From contig JAHIQM010000004.1 in assembly GCA_018902545.1 (NCBI GenBank), positions 124,882 through 188,881 of the forward strand: a DNA stretch of 64,000 nucleotides. The letters are read 5' to 3'. The notes under the pieces are model-generated. The model searched no databases and was not told where the DNA came from. It worked only from the letters and a program-made list of their open reading frames with translations. The position numbers and the translations under genes were made by a program. Source of the DNA: Pseudomonadota bacterium (GTDB lineage Bacteria > Desulfobacterota > Desulfovibrionia > Desulfovibrionales > Desulfomicrobiaceae). This document shows positions 35,758-45,425 of this stretch, piece after piece; the stretch's first letter is position 1, and each line of letters begins with the position of its first letter.

Positions 35758-36800
35758 AAGCCATGTCCTCAATGGAACGCGTGCTGACAACACTTGGGCA
35801 TCGCGAGCCAGACCGTGTTCCGCTGTTCCTGCTGCTCACCATGCACGGGGCCAAAGAGCTTGGGCTTGGTATCAAGGAATACTTCGGCAACGTCGAACAC
35901 GTTGTCGAGGGCCAGTTGCGGATGCTGAAAAAATACAGGCACGACTGTCTGTATCCCTTCTTTTATGCACCCATCGAAGTCGAGGCCTGGGGAGGTGAGG
36001 TCATTTACGCTGACGATGGCCCGCCCAATTCAGGCGCGCCCGTGATCACCTCGGCCGAGAAAGTCGCCAGCCTCTCCCCACCGGATGTGTACCGCACCCC
36101 CTGCCTGCTCAAGGTTCTCGACGTCATCAGCGGGCTCAAGGCCAACGTCGGCGGCACAGTTCCGATCATTGGGGTGGTAATGTCACCCTTTTCCCTGCCG
36201 GTGATGCAAATGGGCTTCGGAGCCTATTTTGAGTTGATGCACGAGCAGCCTGATTTTTTTTGGAAATTGATGCGCGTGAACGAGGCGTTCTGCTGTGACT
36301 GGGCCACCGCGCAGCTCAAGGCCGGTGCCACGGCAATCTGCTATTTTGATCCGGTTTCATCTCCGACGATCATTCCGAGGGAGCATTACCTCGAAACTGG
36401 CTTCGTCATTGCCAAAAGAACCATTGCCTCCATCCAAGGACCGGTTGCTACTCATCTCGCCTCCGGGCGTTGTATGGGCATCTCTGATCTCTTGCCGCAG
36501 ACAGGAACTGCTGTGGTGGGCGTGAGCATGGAGGAGGATTTGGACGTGTTGAAGAGCGCTTTTGCGGGCAAGGCCACCATTATGGGCAACCTGAATGGAA
36601 TAGCTATGCGAAACTGGAACGCTGAGGATGCGGAAAAGGCCGTGAAGAAGGCTGTTTCTCTCGCCGCCAGAGGCGGTGGATTCATCCTTAGCGACAACCA
36701 TGGGGAAATCCCCTGGCAAGTTCCCGAAGACTCTCTATTGGCCATTGGTGAGGCTGTGCGAGAATGGGGACGCTATTCTCTTGGAGGCGATCATGACTGA
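35754..36800 (+). CDS. UroD/MtaA-CmuA family protein (methylcobalamin methyltransferase-like)
   Basis: MSSMERVLTTLGHREPDRVP, IIGVVMSPFSL, IMGNL, GGGFILS; ATGA overlap with the corrinoid gene. Confidence 0.88.
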   Translation: MKAMSSMERVLTTLGHREPDRVPLFLLLTMHGAKELGLGIKEYFGNVEHVVEGQLRMLKKYRHDCLYPFFYAPIEVEAWGGEVIYADDGPPNSGAPVITSAEKVASLSPPDVYRTPCLLKVLDVISGLKANVGGTVPIIGVVMSPFSLPVMQMGFGAYFELMHEQPDFFWKLMRVNEAFCCDWATAQLKAGATAICYFDPVSSPTIIPREHYLETGFVIAKRTIASIQGPVATHLASGRCMGISDLLPQTGTAVVGVSMEEDLDVLKSAFAGKATIMGNLNGIAMRNWNAEDAEKAVKKAVSLAARGGGFILSDNHGEIPWQVPEDSLLAIGEAVREWGRYSLGGDHD

Positions 36801-39012
36801 CCGTTTGTCTCTGGTAGTTTGCGATAACTTTACAGAAGAGGTCCGGGCGGTCGTCGAGACCTTGGGTTTCCTGGACGTTGATGTACTGTCCGTACCCTGC
36901 TCTTGCCATCTTCCACTGACTACTGCTCGTAAGCGGTTTGGCGATGCCTTGGGCTCGGCCATTAACGCGCCCAGACGCGACAGGATGCAGGTCCTCGGAC
37001 GACTGCAGACCATGCAGGCGGACCTGGTCGGAAGCCCTGATCCGGCAAAGGAACGGAGCGCCACTCTGCAATGCTTTGAACTGGTCGCCCCCGCCATTTT
37101 TGTCGAACACTTGCAGTGCGGGGGCGCGTTCACTGTATCGCCCGGCTGGCTCCGCAAATGGCGTTCGGTCCTGCGAGATTGGGAAGCTGATCAGAAGACA
37201 GCGCGGGAGATGTTTCAGGAAACAGCCAGGAAGATCATCCTGTTGGACACGTTCGGCAGGGCCGAGGATGTCGCACACCTGCACGCGTTCGCCGGCCATG
37301 TCGGGCTTCCGGCGGAAGTAGTTCCGGTTGGGCTGAATTACTTAGAGAGTAAACTGGAGAGCACTCTCCTTCGCTGGCGGAATAACATTCTTCAGGACAA
37401 CCTGAGCGATGCTTATAAGAGCATGAGTGACACCCAGATGGTCATGGAGATGGTCAAAGAGATTGCCCAGACCCTTGACGAAGAGAACATCCAGGAAAAG
37501 ATCCGTCGGCTCCTTGAGATGTTAATGGCCCCAAAGTCCGTACGCTTCAAGGAGCTTGCGCAGACAGTCAACACGCAGGAAGAAGGTGGGATTCTATCGC
37601 CAAAGCCGCCAACGCACATAGCCTTTTGGGACGAGACCCTCGCGGGCTTCCGCATTCCCATCCTGCACCAGGGTCTGGTATTGGGCTTGGTCGAGTGCGA
37701 AAAGGTCATGTTTCCAGAGCACAAACGGCACTATTCCCAGATTCTTGATAACATTTCCGAAGTGTTCGGGTTGGCGCTCAACAATTCAAAGGCCTACATG
37801 GAACTTAAGCTTCGGGCCACTGATCTGTCTCAGTTGCGCGAACAGGCCGAAGAGGCAAACAGAACCAAGAGCGCTTTCCTGGCAACTATGAGCCATGAGA
37901 TCAGAACCCCAATGAATGGGATTCTGGGGATGCTGCAACTCCTCCAAACCACTCCCTTGGACGATGATCAACAAGAGTACGTCGATATGTCGACGATCTC
38001 AACGATGAGTCTCCTCAATATTATCAATGATATCCTGGATATTTCCAAGATTGAGGCCGGGAAGATCGATATCGTTGAAAAAGAGTTTGCGTTGTCAGAA
38101 CTCCTTCAGTCGATGCGCGTGCTCTTCAGAGGCCAGATGATCAAGCAGCATAACAAGCTCTTACTTGACGTTGCCGATGGAGTCCCAAGAAAAATCATTG
38201 CCGACGCCAGCCGCATTCGGCAGGTGTTGTTCAATCTCATCGGCAACGCAATGAAATTTACGGAGCATGGCGTTGTATCGGTCAATATTAAGACGGAAAA
38301 GGTTGCGGGTCAGCAGGACAAGATGCGCCTCTGTTTTTCCGTCGCCGATACCGGCATCGGCATCCCGGAGGATCAGCTTGGAAGGTTGTTCACGCCGTTC
38401 ACACAGGTTGAAAACTGCGCAACCTCGAAGCATCAGGGCACGGGTCTGGGACTATCTATTGTCAAGCGTATAGTCGAACTCATGGGCGGCGCGGTGTCCT
38501 TGGAGAGCAAGCTTGGCAAGGGAACGACATTGCAGTTTGATATACTGGTGGGGATGCCTTCAGCCATTATGCCACCGTCCCCTGCCACGCCGAAAGCTAG
38601 CACCGCGCAGGAGCGATCACACTTCCTGAAGGTTCTCCTGGTCGAGGATGACCCGACAAGCCGCATATTTGCCAAACGTATACTGGAAAACTATGGGGCT
38701 GAAGTCATCGCGGCCGACAATGGGGAGGAGGCCCTGGAGGCCTTGGCCAAGGAGGGTTTTCACTGCGTTCTGATGGACATCCAGATGCCCGTCATGGACG
38801 GCATCACAGCTACGAAGACCATTAGGGCCATGAGAGATGAAAACATCCGAAGTATCCCCATCATCGCCATGACCGCTTACACGATGAATGGGGACCGTGA
38901 GAGATTTCTTGAAGCTGGCATGAACGACTACATCGCTAAGCCGGTGCAGGTCGTGGAACTCAAGAAGGCGCTGGAGCGGGTAGCCGAGAAGCTGGGCTGT
39001 GATGGACAGTAG
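36793..39012 (+). CDS. Hybrid histidine kinase: DUF1638-like N-terminus, GAF-like, HisKA, HATPase, receiver
   Basis: VVCDNF, VPCSCH, VSPGWLRKW, KIILLDT; MSHEIRTPMNG; NLIGNAMKFT, DTGIGI, GTGLGL; VEDD, DIQMP; GGAGG RBS, 8-nt overlap. Confidence 0.9.
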   Translation: MTDRLSLVVCDNFTEEVRAVVETLGFLDVDVLSVPCSCHLPLTTARKRFGDALGSAINAPRRDRMQVLGRLQTMQADLVGSPDPAKERSATLQCFELVAPAIFVEHLQCGGAFTVSPGWLRKWRSVLRDWEADQKTAREMFQETARKIILLDTFGRAEDVAHLHAFAGHVGLPAEVVPVGLNYLESKLESTLLRWRNNILQDNLSDAYKSMSDTQMVMEMVKEIAQTLDEENIQEKIRRLLEMLMAPKSVRFKELAQTVNTQEEGGILSPKPPTHIAFWDETLAGFRIPILHQGLVLGLVECEKVMFPEHKRHYSQILDNISEVFGLALNNSKAYMELKLRATDLSQLREQAEEANRTKSAFLATMSHEIRTPMNGILGMLQLLQTTPLDDDQQEYVDMSTISTMSLLNIINDILDISKIEAGKIDIVEKEFALSELLQSMRVLFRGQMIKQHNKLLLDVADGVPRKIIADASRIRQVLFNLIGNAMKFTEHGVVSVNIKTEKVAGQQDKMRLCFSVADTGIGIPEDQLGRLFTPFTQVENCATSKHQGTGLGLSIVKRIVELMGGAVSLESKLGKGTTLQFDILVGMPSAIMPPSPATPKASTAQERSHFLKVLLVEDDPTSRIFAKRILENYGAEVIAADNGEEALEALAKEGFHCVLMDIQMPVMDGITATKTIRAMRDENIRSIPIIAMTAYTMNGDRERFLEAGMNDYIAKPVQVVELKKALERVAEKLGCDGQ
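38893..38973 (+). repeat. 81-bp perfect direct repeat, right copy (inside kinase receiver domain)
   Basis: Identical to 34921-35001. Confidence 0.92.
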
Positions 39013-39170
39013 CTTTCACAGACCATCCAATACCGTTTCCTAATTTCAATAAAATAACGCATCATATCAACAGACTTGAAAAATTACGGTGGAGCGGCCT
39101 GCAAGCAGGCTTGAACGACGTCCAGATCGCGTTCAAACTTTCGTGGTATTGATTACGCAAGGCGCCTTTT

Positions 39171-39295
39171 CCTCCAAATACGAAAGCCCCGGAGCTTGTG
39201 GCTCCAGGGCTTTCGTTCGTTGTTGTGTTTACCGGCTAGGCTATGCCGAGCAGATACCAGTAGGGGTCGAAGCTTCGTTCGACCAATCGAGCAAG
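39171..39295. repeat. ~125-bp direct repeat, left copy: fic 3' end plus terminator
   Basis: Matches 45299-45425 with about 7 differences; contains the aaagccccggagc...gctccagggcttt hairpin. Confidence 0.9.
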
Positions 39296-39313
39296 CTGTT
39301 GGACGAAGGGACC
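39236..39313 (-). pseudogene. Relic last ~25 codons of a Fic paralog
   Basis: GPFVQQLARLVERSFDPYWYLLGIA* versus APFAEQLARLVERSFDPYWYLLGIA* of the intact gene. Confidence 0.82.
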
Positions 39314-39328
39314 TATATTTTGAATAAT

Positions 39329-39673
39329 TCAGTTATCATCAGAATATTTAAATATGAATTTTACTTCACCTGAATTGCCATTGTGATAATAGTCCGCAAC
39401 CTTAGAATTTTTTTCGTGCTCATTCATTGGCCATGAAGTCGGAACATCGCTCGAATTAGACCAAAACATTATCTTACAATAATCGTTATTAGCACAGATG
39501 TCTTGTATTGCCTCTTTATAAACACTTTCATCTCGCTCCCTTTCTTTTGATACGACAACAAATGTCATTATTCCTCTTTTCCCAGCAACAATCCAGTCTT
39601 GAGCATGCAAAAAAGTAGAGACAAATAAAAATATTAAAAATATTACTATGGATTTATTGAACAAACAACGCAT
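39329..39673 (-). CDS. AT-rich secreted hypothetical protein
   Basis: Signal-peptide-like IVIFLIFLFVSTFLHA-QDW; two Cys; start could be TTG 39688. Confidence 0.65.
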   Translation of the reverse strand: MRCLFNKSIVIFLIFLFVSTFLHAQDWIVAGKRGIMTFVVVSKERERDESVYKEAIQDICANNDYCKIMFWSNSSDVPTSWPMNEHEKNSKVADYYHNGNSGEVKFIFKYSDDN

Positions 39674-39887
39674 TCTTTTCCCCAACATTACTTAAGAAGT
39701 TAAATTTCAATCCCGAGGATTTTGAAAACCACACCCAAACTAATAGCATCATCTCAAGAATTATTCTTTTTGAAAAGAGTGATTTTTTGCATGCCATTTG
39801 AGCCACTTGCTACATATCTTTTTTTATGGACTGTTTTTGTCAGAATTATGCTTGACGAGTCGTTGTGCCACATAATAATCTTCAAAG

Positions 39888-40012
39888 TGAAGGGGAGTAA
39901 CTCCCAAAGGCAAGATCAACAATCTCGGCGCGAAAGCGCTTGGTCTTGCCGTCGGAACCCACCGATGAGCCAGACCTTCAGCATGATAACCCATGCTGGA
40001 GGTCTTTTTTTT
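39888..40012 (+). ncRNA. yybP-ykoY (Mn2+) riboswitch with terminator, copy 2
   Basis: tgaaggggagtaac ... gatcaacaat ... gagccagaccttca; same terminator as copy 1; TTGACG and AATAAT/CATAAT boxes upstream. Confidence 0.9.
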
Positions 40013-40044
40013 AAAAGGACCTCCAGCCAACCACAGGAGGCTCC

Positions 40045-40956
40045 ATGAAGAACGTTCCCGCACCGCTATCCTGCGCTGCCGCTGCGCATCCAGGATTGGC
40101 CTATCTTTTTTTTCCGCTTATAGCCCTGACCCTTCTTCTCTTTGCCTGGCCCGATCTGGCGGACGCCAAACGTATGGGCGGCGGCGGATCTTTCGGTAGC
40201 AAGCCTTCATACAACAGTGGCTACAACAAGCAGGCTCCTCCAGCCAAAGACTCGCCAGCCATGGCGCAGCAGGCCGCGCCGAACGCCCCGTCCCGCTTCG
40301 GTGGACTTGGCGGCATGTTTGGCGGCCTGCTTATGGGTGGCCTACTTGGCTCCATGCTTTTCGGAGGTGGCGGCTTCGCGGGACCCGGCATGCTCGACAT
40401 GCTCCTTCTGGCGATGGGCGGATTTCTCCTTTTCAAGTTTATCAAATCCCGCAGGGCGGCCACGGCAAACTCCGCGCCCTATGCCTACGCTGGGAACGAA
40501 GAACCTCGTGATACAACGCCTCATGGTGGATGGGGGCAGCAGCGTCTTGAGCCACAAACACCACAGGGACCCGTTTTGCCGAAAGGGTTAGATGAGCAAG
40601 AATTCCTGACAGGGGCCAAAGCTCTTTACACGCGACTGCAAGCCTCCTGGGACCGCCGGGATATCGACGACATCCGGCAGTTCACAAGTCCGGAAGTCCA
40701 TGAAGAGATCGCGCGTCAGGCGACTCTTGATCCTGCGCCAGGCCGCACGGAAATCCTGATGCTCGAAGCACGCGTGCTTGAGGCTCGCAGCGAGGGGACT
40801 GAAACCGTGATCAGCGTTCTCCTTGACGCCATGTTGCGCGAAGACGGCCCCAACGCCACGGCGGAACAGGTCAGAGAGGTTTGGCATATCCGCCGCGACG
40901 AAAGTGCTTCCCCTCCGCAATGGATGTTGGAAGGCATCCAGCAACTGACTTTGTGA
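40045..40956 (+). CDS. Tim44-like domain protein with Gly-rich N-terminal membrane region
   Basis: AKRMGGGGSFG, GGLLMGGLLGSML, FLTGAKALYTRLQASWD, EVWHI...WMLEGIQQ. Confidence 0.88.
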   Translation: MKNVPAPLSCAAAAHPGLAYLFFPLIALTLLLFAWPDLADAKRMGGGGSFGSKPSYNSGYNKQAPPAKDSPAMAQQAAPNAPSRFGGLGGMFGGLLMGGLLGSMLFGGGGFAGPGMLDMLLLAMGGFLLFKFIKSRRAATANSAPYAYAGNEEPRDTTPHGGWGQQRLEPQTPQGPVLPKGLDEQEFLTGAKALYTRLQASWDRRDIDDIRQFTSPEVHEEIARQATLDPAPGRTEILMLEARVLEARSEGTETVISVLLDAMLREDGPNATAEQVREVWHIRRDESASPPQWMLEGIQQLTL

Positions 40957-41159
40957 CGAGTTGCTTTAAACCTGCACGGCACATTGCCAAAGCCAATGTG
41001 TCGTGCGATACTTTTCTTATATCGTCATCCACCGGGCGCATAAGCAGCGGATCACTGCTTTATTTGATCTATTGAACAGTTGCCGCCGGACACGAGGAAA
41101 ACGCAAGACACGAAAGGGCGATTCCGACCCTCCTGCGGAATAAGGGGTCGGCTGACAAT

Positions 41160-41831
41160 ATAGACAAACCCTTGGAAAGCAGTCTGGGAAGTCTGATGAA
41201 CTCGGACCATTCCAGGTATCCTGTTTGCCATGGTGGATTGCATAATACTATTGGGATTATCACCGCAAAAAGATTGCTCAAACAACGCATAAAAGGTGAA
41301 TCAAACAGCATTCAAGACTATCTCCAGCCCGCTATTTTCGTACCGGAAACCCTCACTGGGATTAAACTACTGGAGCAATTCCGCGAATCCGGCGTTCAAA
41401 TGGTCTTTGTCATTGACGAGTACGGAGAAATATTTGGTCTCATTACACTGCAAGATGTGCTTGAAGCGCTCGCAGGTGAGTTCAAACCACGCGATCCTGA
41501 GGATGTTTGGGGTGTTCAGCGCGAAGATGGATCATGGCTTCTTGACGGTCTCATTCCTGTTCCAGAACTCAAGGATCGACTCAATTTGAAAGCCGTACCC
41601 GAAGAGCAAAAAGGGCGGTACAATACTCTAAGCGGCATGATGATGTGGCTTATCGGTAGCGTTCCTCGTACGTGTGATGTGGTCGAGTGGGAAGGATGGA
41701 GGCTTGAAGTCGTTGATCTCGATGGTCACCGGCTCGATAAAGTTCTAGCGAGCAGGCTGGATGGCACACAAGAGAATAGCGTTAAGCCTGGATCAACGTC
41801 GAATAGCTGCGATGTTCCTCTACCAAAATAG
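41160..41831 (+). pseudogene. 5'-truncated HlyC/CorC paralog (CBS and CorC domains only)
   Basis: Closely colinear with 5419 to ~6010; membrane domain missing, no start or RBS. Confidence 0.85.
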
Positions 41832-41990
41832 CAAATCTCCAATTGTGGGAGAAGCGCATGAGGGAAAGACCGCCGAGTCCGAACCGAAAAATAATGCAGA
41901 TAACTGACTAGAACAAAGACAGCCATGGAAACGATCGGGGGTCCACCCAAAGGATCTGGTCCACTGGTTTTCAAGGAGCCCAAATTTCAC

Positions 41991-42956
41991 ATGACACTCG
42001 CTTTTATCGCTGTTGTTTTTGGTCTGGCTCTTCTGGTCTGGAGCGCCGACCGTTTTGTCGAGGGCTCGGCCTCTGTCGCCCGTCATTTTGGCATGCCGCC
42101 GCTTTTGATCGGTATGGTTATTGTCGGCTTCGGCACCTCCGCACCTGAAATGGTGGTTTCGGCCCTGGCCGCCTTGCAGGGTACCCCGGGAATTGCGCTT
42201 GGTAACGCCTACGGCTCCAACATCACCAATATAGCGCTAATCCTGGGGATCACGGCGCTTATCAGCCCCATCGCCGTACATTCAAGTGTTCTGCGCAGGG
42301 AGCTGCCCATTCTAACGGTTGTGACCATTCTCGCAGCATGGCAACTCAAGGATGGTGAAATTTCGCAGTTCGATGCCGTGGTGTTGCTTGCTGTGTTTGT
42401 CGGGTTGATGGCCTGGACCATCTGGCAAGGGTTGCAGAACAAAGAGGATGCGTTGGGAATAGAGATGGAGCGGGAACTGGATGCCCACGTAATTCCAATC
42501 CGCCGATCCGTTTTCTGGCTGGCGACCGGACTGATGATGCTCATCGTGAGTTCCCGCATCCTGGTGTGGGGAGCGGTTGAAATCGCCCATGGCTTTGGAG
42601 TCAGCGATCTGATCATCGGACTGACTGTAGTCGCAGTGGGCACCTCGCTGCCGGAACTGGCCTCGTCGGTAATCGCCGCCCGGAAAGGAGAGCATGACAT
42701 CGCCCTGGGCAACATCTTGGGCTCCAACTTGTTCAACACTCTGGCGGTGGTGGGCATCGCCGGTGCGATCAGTCCACTGGCCGTTGGACCGGAGGTTTTC
42801 AATCGGGACATAATGGTAATGACCGCACTGACCCTGTTGCTGTTCGTCATTGGCTACGGGTTCCGGGGACCGGGCCGTGTCAACCGCGTCGAGGGCGTGC
42901 TGCTCCTGGCCTGTTACATGGGATACACGACCTACCTGATCAGCACGGTTTTCTGA
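41991..42956 (+). CDS. Ca2+/Na+ antiporter (CaCA, YrbG-like), paralog 2
   Basis: GFGTSAPE, VGTSLPE, GNAYGSN, GNILGSN; AGGAG RBS. Confidence 0.92.
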   Translation: MTLAFIAVVFGLALLVWSADRFVEGSASVARHFGMPPLLIGMVIVGFGTSAPEMVVSALAALQGTPGIALGNAYGSNITNIALILGITALISPIAVHSSVLRRELPILTVVTILAAWQLKDGEISQFDAVVLLAVFVGLMAWTIWQGLQNKEDALGIEMERELDAHVIPIRRSVFWLATGLMMLIVSSRILVWGAVEIAHGFGVSDLIIGLTVVAVGTSLPELASSVIAARKGEHDIALGNILGSNLFNTLAVVGIAGAISPLAVGPEVFNRDIMVMTALTLLLFVIGYGFRGPGRVNRVEGVLLLACYMGYTTYLISTVF

Positions 42957-43068
42957 CACCGGTCATAGATCGATCCGACTCCCGGTTTGAAAACCGTAAC
43001 TGCATACGAAAACCGGATACGAAGTTGTTGCTACTTAAACTCAGACGTTACCCAAGGATTTGAACAAT

Positions 43069-44172
43069 ATGGACAATAAGCCTCAAATTCAAAAATCAGA
43101 ACAGGTCCGACTGGAAAAATTCACATTTCTCATGATGCTTGTGCTCGTGAGTCTACTCTTTGTGCTCTTGCTCTTGCCTTTTTGGGGAGCGATCTTTTGG
43201 GCATGTATCATTGGTCTGATTTTTTCGCCTATGTACCAACGTCTGCTCAGAATGGGAAAACCAAAACCCAATCTGGCGGCACTGGCATCACTATTGTTTT
43301 GCTTTGTAATAGGCATCATTCCCTCATTGTTTGTAATCATCTCCTTTTTTCGAGAAGGCTCAAGTCTTTATAATCGTCTCAAAAGCGGAGATTTTGACCT
43401 TGCAGGTCGCATCGAACAAATTCAAACAGCTTTTCCAAGCATTAATAAGTTTTTCAATCGATTTGATCTAGATATCAACACCATTCAAGAACAACTTTCT
43501 GATTTTGCACTCACTGCTAGCGGTTATATCGCGCAAAATGCAATTTCATTAGGTCAGGGAACTTTACAATTTTTTATCGCTCTTGGATTGATGCTTTATA
43601 TGGCGTTCTTCATGCTCCGTGACGGTGATAAAATTGTTGAGCTACTTGTTCGTGCTTTGCCCTTGGGTGATGAACGTGAATATTTGCTTATTAACAAGTT
43701 TGCCGAAGTCGTACGTGCGACGGTGAAAGGAAATCTGCTTGTTGCAGCCGTTCAAGGAATGCTGGGAGGGTTTATTTTCTGGGTTCTCGATATTCATGGG
43801 GCGTTGTTATGGGGGGTCGTGATGACGCTACTCTCGTTAATACCTGTCATTGGAGCCGGATTGATCTGGGGACCGGTCGCTATTTATCTGTTTGCTATTG
43901 GCGAGTGGTCTCAAGGAATGATTCTTGTAGCATTTGGAGCAGGCGTTATCGGATTGGTGGACAATATTCTGCGCCCCCTTCTAGTTGGTCGAGATACCAA
44001 ATTGCCTGATTATATCGTTCTGCTTTCGACGCTTGGCGGTTTTTCATTGTTTGGGATTAACGGATTTGTTCTTGGTCCTTTGGTTGCGGCCCTTTTTATT
44101 GCATTTTGGGAAATTTTTATACGGGAATTCAACACTTCAAAATCAAGCAACTCCAATGAAAATTCAGCATGA
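43069..44172 (+). CDS. AI-2E (PerM) family transporter
   Basis: ATVKGNLLVAAVQG, LSLIPVIGAGLIWGP, VDNILRPLLVG, GFVLGPLVAA. Confidence 0.9.
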   Translation: MDNKPQIQKSEQVRLEKFTFLMMLVLVSLLFVLLLLPFWGAIFWACIIGLIFSPMYQRLLRMGKPKPNLAALASLLFCFVIGIIPSLFVIISFFREGSSLYNRLKSGDFDLAGRIEQIQTAFPSINKFFNRFDLDINTIQEQLSDFALTASGYIAQNAISLGQGTLQFFIALGLMLYMAFFMLRDGDKIVELLVRALPLGDEREYLLINKFAEVVRATVKGNLLVAAVQGMLGGFIFWVLDIHGALLWGVVMTLLSLIPVIGAGLIWGPVAIYLFAIGEWSQGMILVAFGAGVIGLVDNILRPLLVGRDTKLPDYIVLLSTLGGFSLFGINGFVLGPLVAALFIAFWEIFIREFNTSKSSNSNENSA

Positions 44173-44247
44173 TTTTGAATGATAAAGAAAAAACTTGACC
44201 AGATAATGCATGATTGATCAATAAAGATTATGCGTAGGAGGACTTAG

Positions 44248-45120
44248 ATGAAACGAGTTGTTCTGTTTTTGTTGACTAATATTGCGGTGATGCTGGTACT
44301 GTCGATCAGTGCCCGTATTCTGGGTGTCGACCGCTTTTTGACCAGCAATGGATTGAACATGGGCATGCTGCTGGCATTTTCCGCCCTGATCGGTTTCGGA
44401 GGATCCTTTATTTCGCTGATGATGTCCAAAACCATGGCGAAATGGAGCACCGGCGCAAAGGTTATCGAGCAGCCGGGCAATCAGGAAGAAGCATGGCTCG
44501 TGGAAACCGTCCGACGACTGGCAGCCAAAGCCGGATTGCCAATGCCCGAGGTCGCCATCTATGAAGGCGCTCCCAATGCCTTTGCCACTGGTCCGAGCAA
44601 GTCCAAATCGCTGGTGGCCGTATCGACCGGATTATTGCAAAGCATGAACCGAAAACAGGTGGAAGCGGTGTTGGCCCATGAGGTCGCGCACATCGAAAAC
44701 GGCGACATGGTGACCCTGACTTTGATCCAAGGTGTGGTCAATACCTTCGTGATCTTCCTGGCGCGCGTCGTTGCCTACGCGGTGGATAGTTTTCTGCGCA
44801 AGGGCGAAGAATCGAGCGGCCCGGGCATCGGCTATTGGGTCAGCAGCATTGTATTTGAAATCCTTTTCGGCGTCCTGGCCAGTATCGTGGTTTTCTACTT
44901 TTCACGCCAGCGCGAATACCGGGCGGACGCAGGCGCTGCAGCGCTGATGGGCGACCGACGGCCGATGATTGATGCCCTGCACGCCTTGGGCAATCTTCAA
45001 GCCGGCCAATTGCCCAAGGAAATGGCGGCCAGTGGGATTGCAGGTGGCGGCATGATGGCGCTGTTCAGCAGTCACCCGCCCCTTGAATCGCGGATTGCAG
45101 CGCTGCAATCCGCAAGCTGA
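44248..45120 (+). CDS. htpX: Membrane zinc metalloprotease HtpX
   Basis: [41 protein letters not shown]. Confidence 0.93.
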   Translation: MKRVVLFLLTNIAVMLVLSISARILGVDRFLTSNGLNMGMLLAFSALIGFGGSFISLMMSKTMAKWSTGAKVIEQPGNQEEAWLVETVRRLAAKAGLPMPEVAIYEGAPNAFATGPSKSKSLVAVSTGLLQSMNRKQVEAVLAHEVAHIENGDMVTLTLIQGVVNTFVIFLARVVAYAVDSFLRKGEESSGPGIGYWVSSIVFEILFGVLASIVVFYFSRQREYRADAGAAALMGDRRPMIDALHALGNLQAGQLPKEMAASGIAGGGMMALFSSHPPLESRIAALQSAS

Positions 45121-45133
45121 GAAATTGCACCGG

Positions 45134-45163
45134 CCCCCCCTGCTCTTTTTTACAGGCGGGGGG
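45134..45163. terminator. Hairpin between convergent htpX and fic
   Basis: ccccccctg / caggcgggggg stem. Confidence 0.5.
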
Positions 45164-45298
45164 AAATCCACAACGCATACTCGAACTGTATCGGTGGAAA
45201 AACGGAACGCGGCTATCAGACAGAAAACTGGCGTCCGTTCACCGCAACTTTGTTCAGAGCAAGGATGAACTTGCACAGCCGTGTATCGATCATTAAGT

Positions 45299-45425
45299 CC
45301 TCCAAATACGAAAAGCCCCGGAGCTTGTGACTCCAGGGCTTTTCGTTCGTGTTGTGTTTACCGGGCTAGGCTATGCCGAGCAGATACCAGTAGGGGTCGA
45401 AGCTTCGTTCGACCAACCGGGCAAG
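45299..45425. repeat. ~127-bp direct repeat, right copy: fic 3' end plus terminator
   Basis: Matches 39171-39295. Confidence 0.9.

Noticed and set aside
39236-39331. UGA readthrough (selenocysteine) joining the secreted protein to the in-frame Fic tail
   Set aside because: One-in-three chance frame match; no redox motif context or evident SECIS hairpin; fully explained by the repeat junction
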